Of a stretch of 64,000 bases of DNA, positions 12,759-23,845 are shown piece after piece (position 1 is the stretch's first letter; the number at the start of each line of letters is the position of its first letter). The notes under the pieces are model-generated. The model was given only the letters and a program-made list of their open reading frames with translations. It made no database searches and was not told where the DNA came from. Position numbers and translations under genes: made by a program. The stretch is from Okamejei kenojei (taxonomy: Eukaryota): NCBI GenBank assembly GCA_035221665.1, contig CM069147.1, positions 25,730,001 through 25,794,000 on the forward strand. Direction: 5' to 3'.

Positions 12759-12813
12759 CCGCATTCAAAATTCCAAGGAAATACATCGTCCAAGGTGACA
12801 CTTTCAAAAACAT
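12759..12813 (-). CDS. IgSF receptor gene A, exon 1: signal peptide (MFLKVSPWTMYFLGILNA)
   Basis: ATG at 12813, 18 codons + 1 nt, then donor G|gtaaac. The phase-1 intron matches the next exon. Confidence 0.75.
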
Positions 12814-12935
12814 ATCGACGACGAAGCAGGCCTGGCTGGGAAAGATGAAGGTCTGGTTAATAATCGTCACGGTATCTTCTACACTGACTCCTAATCACAT
12901 CGGTCACCCCAGGACATGGCCGAGAAATGCGTTGC

Positions 12936-12988
12936 TTTTAATATAGGGCTGTCTGAGTGTCTGAAGGCGGAAATTGCGTCAGGAAATA
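12936..12988 (-). promoter_or_regulatory. Candidate promoter of gene A: ETS - CRE/ATF half-site - ETS cluster plus TATA-like box
   Basis: Minus strand ATTTCCTGACGCAATTTCCGCC (~12966-12987), then TATATTAAAA (~12936-12945), ~125 nt upstream of the ATG. The motif cluster is largely retained at ~48974-49000. Confidence 0.4.
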
Positions 12989-15249
12989 GAAGGCTGTTTT
13001 ATTTGAGGACCTCAAACAGTGCGCACATTGATCATTTCTCGATTTTCGTCCTCGTGAGAGGATCTAATTAAAATAAGATGCCAAATAAGAAAATTGCCTC
13101 CCCCCCCCCTCGAGAATTTGATAAGGCCATGAATGAACCAATCTTGGTTTCAAACGCCGCTTTTCTGTTATTTTCCCCTTTAACGACCTTCAAAGCTCAT
13201 ATATTTCCTCAGATTTGCCTTGTATACATTCAATAACGCCCACCCAGATCCTTCTCTTTTCTGTTTAGTATGTGTTCCACCCTTTGGTTCCCTTAAATTT
13301 CGCACTAGAAACCCTAATTAAAAAGTACGTTCCCGCAATCAACACGACCGCCCACAACCCGGAGCATTTATATGTTTCAATATGATCACCTCTTGTTTTA
13401 TATAGTCCATCACGACATAACTATAGATTTAAGTAGTTATGCCTGGGTACCTTGCTGTGGCATTCCGCCATTCACTGTTAGTCAATCAGGAAATCATCCA
13501 TTCATCCCATTGCCCTTTTCAGATAATTAACCATCACAGCATCCATTTCCTTATAAATTATATCGATAACACGTTCGCGTGTTCCTATCTTGATCAGATA
13601 TCTTCTATAGGGAATAATATAAAGTGCTTCAGGATATCCATATATAGGTTCTTAGAGTTCCCTTTTATTCACATTGCTCCATCGTGAAATAATGCTAGAA
13701 AATATATCAAAATATGTGTGTTTTTCATAAACCCACTGACTCTTGATAGACTTATAGTTTCATCAACGCCCCGCTACTCTTTAATCAGTAATGGATTTGA
13801 ACACTTTCCCACTCGCAATTGACAGAATAACTTGCCAATAGTTTCCTCCTATTTGTGCCACTCTTGTCTTTACACGTTTACAGTTTTCCCAGATCTATTC
13901 AAAATTCACGAAGTTTTATTTCAGTACAAAATAGAACCCGCCACATCTACAGTCACCCCATTGGTTCGTAGTTAAACCACCGAAAACGTTCTTCTATCGC
14001 CATAGCATCTCCTTAATTATTATTGTTCGATATTCCTAGTTTCCTCTACCGGGGAAACCAGATACTAAGCTATTGTTTACAATGCTTCGCACATTCCACC
14101 CCATGAATAATATAATACACACATTCGTTATGGGGTAAAATGTTTAATTTAGTTACTCTCTTCCTTGTTATCTATGTGAAGAATGTCTTGCTCTCCGCCT
14201 CAATGTTATTTATTGCATTACGCACAGGCTCTGGCCCGTTCTCGTTATTTTATTTTACCCGTCGGATCTTAGTTTAGATGAGCTTAGATACAGCGTGGAA
14301 ACAGACCCTTCGCGCCACCGAGTCCGCGCCGACCAACGATCACCTGTACATTGCTTCTCTTCTACACACAAGGGACAATTTACAGAGGTCAATTAACCTA
14401 CAAACCCGCAAGCCTTTTGGGATGTCGAACGAAAACGGAGCAGCCGGGGAAAACCCAACGATCACACTCAAAACATGCAGACATCACCCGTCGTCAAGTT
14501 CGAGCCCGCGTCTCTGGCGCTGTGAGGCAGCGGACTCGAAACCAGTTAGGTAATAATATGTACAAATTGACTATTCATGCTAACGCGGGTTGTTTACATT
14601 CGAAATATATTAGTCTCTGTGGTATTTCTTTTATTATCCTTCATAAAGATCCAATCAAATAACATCGGTCGTATAGGCCTTGTCACGTTTAAAAAGTGGG
14701 ATTTTTATCCGATTTACGTAGTCTCTGAAATTTATGTGGAGGTCGGAGCCGGGACCTTTTTTTTACCGACCGACTCCAGCAGCATCAAAATTGCTTTGAC
14801 TCCGACTCGACGACTCCCACTCCGACTCCACAGCCCTGGATTCAACAATGTATAATTATTTTAATAAGGCGAAGTAACATATTTACTATCCTCCTCGTTT
14901 CCCTGGTGGACCCTGTATTGATTCTCATCGTGCCTTTACTACTGACGATGTGCACCTTAGGCGCAAGATCTTATTTAGCATTGAAGATGTCTGCGTTTCT
15001 TGTCGATTATGAACTTAGTCACGGACTCGGTGTTGAAGGTATCGGAGAATAAACAAAACAAATCGGGCAGGTAAAATGAAGGTGCATTCTTATTCAGCTC
15101 ATTATCTAGTAAGGGCTAGGTTCAATTTCGCTATGGAAACGTGGTGAATTTAATTATATTTTGTTTAAAATTGAGAATTTACTCATACTGATAATTAAAT
15201 TGCGGGGCTGTTCTTCAAATCTCGTGTGGCTCAATTAAGCCCTTTATAG

Positions 15250-16120
15250 GATGTGTTATATCTGGACTTTCAGAAGGCTTTCGACAAGGTCCCACCTAAG
15301 AGATTAGCATACAAACTTAAAGCACACGGTATTGGGGGTTCAGTATTGATGTGGATAGAGAACTGGCTGGCAGTCAGGAAGCAAAGAGTAGGAGTAAACG
15401 GGTCATTTTCAGAATGGCAGGCAGTGACTAGTGGAGTACCGCAAGGCTCAGTGCTGGGACCCCAGCTATTTATAATATATATTAATGATCTGGATGAGGG
15501 AATTGAATGCAACATCTCCAAGTTTGCGGATGACACGATGCTAGGGGGCAGTGTTAGCTGTGTGGAGGATGCTAGGAGGCTGCAAGGTGACTTGGATAGG
15601 TTGGGTGAGTGGGCAAATGCATGGCAGATGCAGTATAATGTGGATAAGTGTGAGGTTATCCACTTTGGCGGCAAAAACAGGAGGGTAGACTATTATCTGA
15701 ATGGTGGCCGATTAGGAAAAGGGGAGATCTTATAGAGACTTACAGAATTCTTAAGGGGTTTGAGAGGCTAGATGCAGGAAGATTGTTCCCGATGTTGGGG
15801 AGCTCCAAAATAAGGGGTCACAGTTTAAGGATAAGGGGGAAGTCTTTTAGGACCGAGATGAGAAGATCTTTTTTCACACAGAGAGTGGCGAGTCTATGGA
15901 ATTCTCTGCCACAGAAGGTAGTTGAGGCCAGTTCATTGGCTATATTTAAGAGGGAGTTAGATGTGGCCCTTGTGGCTAAAGGGATCAGGGGTTATGGAGA
16001 GAAGGCAGGTACAGGATACTGATTTGGATGATCAGCCATTATCATATTGAATGGCGGTGCAAGCTCGAAGGGCCGAATGGACTACTCCTGCACCTATTTT
16101 CTATGATTCTATGATTCTAT
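15250..16120 (+). mobile_element. Young 5'-truncated CR1 LINE (RT domain plus 3' tail), internally deleted at ~15727
   Basis: YLDFQKAFDKVP...GVPQGSVLGP...KFADDT; 3' tail ttctatgattctatgattctat. Confidence 0.92.
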
Positions 16121-18120
16121 ATCATAACCTTGCCCCAATCGAGGCTACGTAATTTCAACCTATTAATGTGGTTCGCTTTCAATGCCACCTGAAACATACT
16201 AGTGATTGGGGTGAGCTACCCATGAACACAAAATTAAACTATGTCTTGTAAAAAAAAACAGTACCTGCATACAAAATCCGCAGAGGAAACACGACTAAAG
16301 GCGAGATGAGTTGAAAGAAATCGGCAATGAATTTTCTGATCAGAAAGGAAAGAATGCATCAATCATGTGGCTCTACATCTGCTAGAATGATCTACTTTAT
16401 GTGCAATCACAGAACATTTACGTGCTTACTTGCAGGGGCTTTGAAGAATGGAAACTAAAGACGTGGCTCAAACCGGAACAGGTTAGGAAATAATTAGACC
16501 TCACGAAAGTAAAAGAATGTCGGCAACGTAATCATTCATTCATTCAAATGTCCTTATTTTTACACTCCGTCTGAAACGATTAAATGAACAGGTCTTCACT
16601 ACCGGCTGCATGTAATCTAATTACCAGACCTTACACGAACTGAAGCGGACCCCCGAGTACAATTTTGCCTCATTTTAGGAAGGTTTATATTTAAGATGTT
16701 AAAAGGACCACAGGCTCGCATATTAACGGCAATATTATATTCGAGTTAGTAAATGTAAAGCAATAACTGCATTGTTCATATTTATCTTCAAATTAATGTT
16801 CCAGGTTGACAAACATCGTGTGGTTAATGGTATGCAGTATTTTGTTGAAAGCTTTACAACTAATTCGATTACGAGCTCATATTGGTTGCACGGTTATTCT
16901 TCACAATTGTAATGTTAACTGGATGCAACAAAGTGAGTTTTAACTGTCCACAAATTCGAATTGCAATTCGGAATGCTGTGAAGCCGCATTTAAAATGATC
17001 GCATTTTAACAAAGGTATTTAATTAGAATAATTAACTTAATTACATTGATTAAATTAACCTACTTACATTAACATCCATTATGCATATATTGCCGTTTGG
17101 CGTTCATGGATTGAACAAGTCTGCTTTGGTTTGAACTGGACTGTTGTTTCTGTACGTAGAACTGTATAATTCCGTCCGTTTCCATGCACTGTCACAAAAT
17201 AATACCTGGCGTCGCAGTTTGTTTGGTCCAACGACTACGTGCGTCAAGCAAGTTATACATTAATACCAGTTTAATCCATATAAAGTCACTCTCCCGTTCC
17301 ATCACCCACAAACACTACGCGACATCTTATCCAATTATCCTATCGACTCATTTTTTCGATATATGTGAATTATCGGAGCACGTGGTTAGTACTGGTGTCA
17401 GAGATTAGTTCTTGATTAGTACAGGTGTCAGAGGTTATGGGGAGAAAGCAGAAGAATGGGAATAAGAGGAACGGGTAATTACATAAGCCATGATTGAATG
17501 GCGGAGTGTAACTTAATGGGCATTTGGCCTGATTGTTGTCCTATCGCTTATGACCTCATGACGTGGTCAACTGGAGAACGGGAAAAAACCCCTCGGGCGG
17601 CTAGATTCAACCGGGGCTTCTAGTTGAGGTAACACATCTGTAAGCTGCACGCTTCTCCATCTTATACAAAAAAATCACGTCTGTCAATTTAAACAGTAAT
17701 CATAACGCTTCGTCATTTACATCAGTTGGGTGGATACGTGATAGACGGGAGATATCTTTGAACGTCTGAAATTAGTGAAGCGATGGATTCATTTCCGCGA
17801 TGGGAGAGATAGGCTGAATGTTAACTCATTCAGCGTATTTCTGAGCAAATATTGTGATTCAGAGAAGAAGTAAAAAGTATGAAAACATCTTGTTTATCTA
17901 AGTGTTGAATGAACGTCACTGTTAAATTAGATCAAATGAAATAGTGACAGTCGACTCCAGTCAATGGTTTCACTGGCAGCAAGAGATACTCAATAATGCT
18001 CTGTCCTCACTATATTGCCTGATGTTACGGATGTCACGTCGTAAACACAGAACATTGTGAGACGGGAGGGCGAGAAGCCATATCTCGTGGTCCATATTAG
18101 TATCAATTCCATATAACGAA

Positions 18121-18504
18121 ACATAGAAACATAGAAAATAAGTGCAGGAGGAGGCCATTCGGCCATTCGAGCCAGCACGGCCATTCATTGTGATAATGGC
18201 TGATCTTTCCCAATCAATAACCCGTACCTGCGTTCTCCCCATATCCCTTGATTCCACTAGCCCCATAGAGCTCTATCTAACTCTCTCTGAAATACATCCA
18301 GTGACTTGGCCTCCACTGCCCACTGCGGCAGGAAATTCCACAAATTCATAACTCTCTGGGAGAAAACGTTTTTTCTCACCTAAGTCTTACATGGCTTCCC
18401 CTTTATTCTAAGACTGTGGGCCCCTGGTTCTGGACTCGCCCAACATTGGGAACATTTTTCCTGCATCTAGCTTGTCCGGTCCTTTTATAATTTTATATGT
18501 TTCT
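18121..18504 (-). mobile_element. CR1 3' fragment (left arm only)
   Basis: acatagaaacatagaaa tail; KLDAGKMFPMLGESRTRG. Confidence 0.85.
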
Positions 18505-20720
18505 AAATAAAAGGGACACGAGGGCATGCAAAGAGAATTTAGGGAGTTCGGTATTCGGTGAAAAAAAATACACTCCAGGATTGCTATCTCGGGATTACAA
18601 AACGGTACCGAAAGGAAATAGCAGAATAATCCAAGTGAATACGTGGCTAAGACCTTGGTGTGGGGAGAAGTGCATAAAATATATGGTTTTCTTACAGGAC
18701 AAATGGGACGTATATAAAACAGACGGGTTGCAATTGAACTGTGAGGTAGAGGCGGTGTCCTTGCAGTTACTTGTGTTACATGGGAGGATTTATGCACGAG
18801 GGGTGGGGTGGAGTGAGCACGGAGGGCGCGGGGGGGGGGGGGGGGGGGGCGTGGGACAAACAGGTTCAACCCATGGAACAGCTAGTGGGCATAGATCGGG
18901 GTTATGATCATTCGTCTGAAATGGAGGTGAGACAGGGAAAAGGTTAATAAAAACATGTAAGATGGATGATCTGAAGTGTGACAAAAAATGCTGGAGAAAA
19001 ACTCAGCGGGCGAGGCAGCATCTATGGAGCGAAGGAAATAGGCAACGTTTCGGGCCGAACCCTTATTCAGACGTGTGTTTTGTAATATGGAGTGTGTTTT
19101 GACTGAGGCTACGGAACACGTTGAAACAGATCGGTTGAGATGTGTTTATTCCAAGGAATAGTACAGTTAAAGCGGAATGATTCGAAGACTGCTAACTCAA
19201 CATTTATGGAGTTTTGACGATTCATACATTATTAGGGATGGGGTACAAGAGATACAGGATGTGCATTACAAATCAGGAAAATGTCAGCGGCACACACATG
19301 CTCATCTACTGAGGGCATAGGGTTGTAACACAATATAAAGAGAGGTTGTAACAAACTCTGATGGGATTATACCATATTAGTCGGTGAATGACAGAGAAAC
19401 AGGTATGTGGGGAGATTAGAGAAAGATGTCAAAACAACAAGTTTCCGGTATCGGTGGACAAATCCCTATTATTGACTGTGACTTCCTCCGTGCGAAGATA
19501 TAACGAGAGAAAGCTTGGTTAGGTGTATCCAAGGCCGTTTCTTGAAACAGTCTGTGGATATTCCAACTCGACACCGGGAACATGTTACACCTTGCTTTGG
19601 GAAATGAACTTGATGTTTCAGTAGAAGAGCAATTTGGGATCCCTGATCATAAATCCATAGGTTTTTAAGATAGCTACGGATAAGGGTCCATCTAGTATTG
19701 GGGAGATGAAATGGTGGAGCAGATGTTGTTGGGTATATTTACATTGGACATGGTGGGTGGAGTCGATTTAAGGCCAACTGATCAGAAATCAGGACCAGTA
19801 TATGCCAGTAAGGAGGAGGAATGATGTTGTATAGGCGAGGGAAGATTGGATGACTGAGATATTGTAAATTAGGGTGAAAATATGCTGGTGCACTTTGAGA
19901 ACAAGAAAGAGGCGTTGTGGGGTTCTCTTCAAAAGCCTTAAGGTGAATAAATTCCAAGGGCCGGTGGAATCTGCCCCCTTTTCTTGAGGGAGGCAAGGGA
20001 GGAGATGTGATTGCAGCGCCTTTGATGAGAACTTTGGTATCCACTTAAGCCATAATCGATTTCCCGGATGATGAAGTAGTAGCGAATGTTGCCCTTTTCT
20101 TTCTGAAGGAAAGAAGTAATCAAGGAAATGACACAAGCTATTGAGGTTCATGTCAGTCATCGGGAATCTAATGGAGCTCACGTCTCATTTAATTTAATGT
20201 AACGATGAAGGTGATTTATGTGGATTGGGTAGTGACATTTGTCTGCATGGATTCCAGCAAACCATTTCGAGAAATCCGTAATTGAATGCTAATCGAGAAG
20301 ATTTCAGTTTGAGGGACACATGGTGATTTGTTACTTTGGATTGATTAGCTGCAGTTAGTTTTACGCACAGTTCTGGTTGCCCCATTACAGGAATGATGTG
20401 GATGCAGAGGAGGTTTACCCAGAATCGTTGCCTGGATTAGAGAGTTTCTGCTACAAAGAGAGGTTGGATAAAACCTAGATTATTTTCTCTGGAACGTCAG
20501 AGGCTCAGGGGACAATAGAATACAATTATTTTTTGTTTTAATTGATGCGCATAGATAGGGTAGTCTGTCACAAATTTTATCCTAGGGTGGGGAATGTCCA
20601 ACATTTATAGGGCATAGATATAAATTGAGTAGGGACGTTTAATATTGATGTATGCGGCAAGCTCTTTACACAGAGATATGTTGGCAGAGGGGCTGGAATG
20701 CATCGTGCTGATCACGGTGT
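18505..20720 (+). mobile_element. Old degenerate CR1 including SGNH-esterase-like ORF1, EN and RT remnants
   Basis: RIIQVNTWLRPWC...WDVYKTDGLQLN (CR1 ORF1-like), followed by decayed CR1 ORF2 sequence. Confidence 0.65.
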
Positions 20721-20729
20721 GCATTCATC

Positions 20730-21720
20730 CCATCTGCCCACGTTTGGTCTCCAAAAACCATCCATGTCCTGTTCAAATGTCCTTTAAATGTTGTTGCAGT
20801 TTCCAGGCTCAATAATCTCATCTGGCAGTTCATTTCATATCCCCACTATCATGTGGGAAAAACGGCTCCCCAGCTCCTTATACAGCTGTAACATAGCATC
20901 CCCAAATTCTAAACTTATTTACCCCTGACTGATGTAAAGGCTGTGTGCCGAAAGCCTTCTTAAATACCCTGTCTACCTGTGATACCGCTCTCAAGGAACT
21001 ATGTAATTAACCAGCACACCTTGACCCCTTGCTCTACAAGCTCCCTGGCGATATGTCGTTTACTATTGATGTCCTGCCCACATATGACTTCCCAAAATAT
21101 AAAACCTCATACTTATCTGCATTACACTCATTGACCATTCATCAGCCCACTTGCCCAACTGAACAAAATTACTGCTGTAGCTTTGAATACCATTTTCGCT
21201 ATCTACAATATTACCCAATTAAACAGTCGTCTGCAATCTTGCTAATCCGGCCTTGTATGTTCTCATCCAAATCGTTGATATACAGCAAGCCACAAACAGC
21301 AATAGACCCAGCACCGATCTTGGAGCACACCACTGTTCAGAGCCCTCCATCGAAACCATCTGAAGAAGGGTCTGGACCCATAACGTCACATTCCTTCTCT
21401 CCAGAGATGCTGTCGGTCCCGCTGATTTACTTCAGCATTTTGTGTCCATCTTCGCATTAAACCAGCAGCTACGAACACAATTGCCACCCTGCAATCTTCC
21501 GGTGTCTCACCATAGTTAATGATGGATCGTATATCTCAGCCAGGTCACCTGCAATTTGTTCTCTAGCTTCCCGCAGTGCCCTCGGATAAATCTGATCAGG
21601 CCCGGAGGATTTCGCTACCTTTTACACGTTGGGACGTTGAGCACCTCTATCGTTAATAACCGATTGCCCATCAGGACACTTCCATTGATTGCTCCCAAGT
21701 TCCCAGATCTTCATGTTTTT
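20730..21720 (-). mobile_element. Old CR1 fragment
   Basis: Decayed reverse-strand CR1 RT/3' sequence (aacagtcgtctgcaatctt, gttctcatccaaatcgttgatata). Confidence 0.6.
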
Positions 21721-22236
21721 CATGCAAGGAAAAGCCTAGGAACTATAGATCTGTGCCTGACATCTATGGCAGATATGTTACTGGAGAGTATTCTGAGTTA
21801 AGATATATATGCAGCTTTATGAGCAATGGCTGATCAGTGGACATTGAACCTGGTGTGTATTTACGAAGGTGATATAACCTCACATATGATCACGAGTTTA
21901 GAAGAAGCAACTTAGAAAGTTGAAGATCTAAATCAGAGGCCAGATATAATGTTCATATGGAAGGTTCTGCATGCCAAGTTACCCTGGAAAGCTACATGGC
22001 GTGTGAGAGCTAGTTTAATGGGTAGAAATCTGATTTATGGAAGGAAGTTGTTTAAAAAATATTTTAAAATTCAGACTGAAGGCTGTGACTCTTGCTGTGT
22101 TTCATGGATCGCGCGGCTGGGTCCCTTTGCAATTTGTGTTTTATATCAACAATTTGGATGAGAAACATTGAATAAGGCATGATTACAATTATCTGCAGAT
22201 GCTATTAATGGAGGTGGTATCGTAGACAGTGTCGAC

Positions 22237-22530
22237 ACGGCAGCGCGCTTAGTGGTAGAGTTGCTGCCTGACAGCGCCAAAAGACTCTGGTTCGATTCTG
22301 ACTACGGGTGCTGTGTGTGTGGAATTCCCTGTGACCACGTGAATTTTCTCCGAGAACTTTAGTTTCCCCCCACACTCCAAAGCAGTACAGGTTTGTAGGT
22401 TAATAGATTTGGTCTAAATGTAAATTCTCCTTAGTGTGTGTACGACAGCATTAATGTATGGGGATTGCTGGTTGGTGCAGACTTGGTGGGCAAAAGGGCC
22501 CGTTTCCACACGGTACCTCTAAACTCTAAA
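22237..22530 (+). mobile_element. HE1-like tRNA-derived SINE (other copies ~9180-9440, 14270-14533, 31145-31460, 41120-41380, 45780-46080, 46975-47230, 54795-55060)
   Basis: tRNA-like head (ggtagagttgctgcct...ggttcgattctgact), conserved body (gtttgtaggttaat), ctctaaact-type tail. Confidence 0.75.
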
Positions 22531-22535
22531 AAGTA

Positions 22536-22902
22536 GAAGCCGGCTGCGATGCTAGTTGAAGGTCGTTGCCGGAGGTTGCAGGTAGTGGAAGGTAAGACCT
22601 TTTTTTTTCACCCAGTTTTATTCCACCAGGGAGGTCTTACCTTCCACTACCTGCAACCTCCAGCAACCACCAACTAGCATCGCACACCGGCTTTGACGAT
22701 AATATTACCGATTTTTAAAACGGCAACCTATTTTTAGTCGCGACCGGTTTTTATTTTTTTTTAATAATCGCCGGAACACAGAAGAGGCGGAAACACTTTC
22801 GACCATTAGGGGGACTGACAAAAACTTCGGGAACCGCTCGGAAACATTGGGTGGGGCGCAAAGTCTCCAGAGGTTTCCGTTCAGGTTTCAGTGGGACAGG
22901 GG
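22536..22902. mobile_element. MITE remnant (Harbinger-like end agtgggacagggg) containing a ~62-bp-stem hairpin
   Basis: 22537-22600 is the near-perfect reverse complement of 22632-22693. Confidence 0.55.
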
Positions 22903-23059
22903 CATTAAAAGTGCAGCCTGGGGAGCAAACGGTTCGACGAAAACGTTCGGCCTGCTTTCTGCTGCCGTTGGAGGTGAGACGTTGCGTTGGCCTGGGCTCA
23001 CGGCCGTTACGTTCGGATCCGCCCCCACTTCTAGTCCCAGAGCAAGGCCCAAGAAAATT

Positions 23060-23256
23060 GAAGATAGACACAAAATGCAGGAGTAACTCAGCGGGACCGG
23101 CAACATCATTGGAGAGAAGGAATGGATGACGTTTCGGGTCAAGACCCTTCTTTCAGGACTGAAGGGGGGTCTCGACCCGAAACATCATTTTCATTTCTTC
23201 ACTCCAGAGATGCTGCCGGTTACGCTGAGTTATCCTACTTTTTGTGTCCATCTTCA
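23060..23256. mobile_element. Palindromic Penelope-derived short element with degenerate hammerhead-ribozyme cores
   Basis: Two inverted copies of the unit CTGAAGA-AGGGTC-loop-GACCC-GAAACGTC; related copies at ~11990-12130, 18980-19072, 21357-21455, 35600-35812, 46417-46600, 49870-50020. Confidence 0.6.
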
Positions 23257-23404
23257 AACTGACGTCACGCGATCCAGACGGCTGTGCGTACGCATCAAGT
23301 CTCGCCGCGACCTTCGCAGGACTGCCGCGCATCAACGCGACCACGAGGTCGCGTTAATTAGCGTGCCAAGGACTCACGTAAGTGGGACTGGGATTAACTA
23401 TTCC

Positions 23405-23845
23405 ACTTGCTTGTCATAGAATCGTTAGAATCATAGAAAATAGGTGCAGGGAGTATGCCATTCGGCCATTCGAGCCTGCACCGCTATTCAATATGATCAT
23501 GGCTGATCATCCAATCAGTATCCTGTACCTGCCTTCTCTCCATACCCACTGATCCCTTTAGCCACAAGGGCCACATCTAAATACCTCTTAACTATAGCCA
23601 ATGAAACTGGACTCAACTACCTTCGTGCAGAGAATTCCACAGGAATCACCACACTCTGTGTGAAAAAAGATCTTCTCATCTCGGTCCAAAAAGACTTCCC
23701 CATTATCCTTAACTGTGACCGCTTGTTCTGGAGTTCCCCAACATCGGGAAACAATCTTCCTGCATCTAGCCTGTCCAACCCTTAACAATTTTGTAGTATC
23801 TATAAGATCCCCACTCAATCTCCTAATTCCAGCGTGTACAAGCCG
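23405..23845 (-). mobile_element. CR1 3' fragment
   Basis: Reverse complement of the 15730-16120 CR1 3' end. Confidence 0.85.

Larger units (their letters stand above)
1..19350. repeat. Left arm of a giant inverted segmental duplication (pairs with ~42491-63637)
   Basis: Colinear reverse-complement matches read by eye: 1-130 vs 63510-63637; 4440-5500 vs 59170-60160; 8400-10300 vs 53940-55820; 10640-11290 vs 50860-51490; 12150-13700 vs 48200-49860; 14680-14990 vs 43740-44020; 17965-19350 vs 42491-43720. The arm may continue beyond the window start. Confidence 0.95.

Noticed and set aside
15253-15735. 160-aa RT ORF as a host gene or active element
   Set aside because: 5'-truncated, internally deleted CR1 copy.
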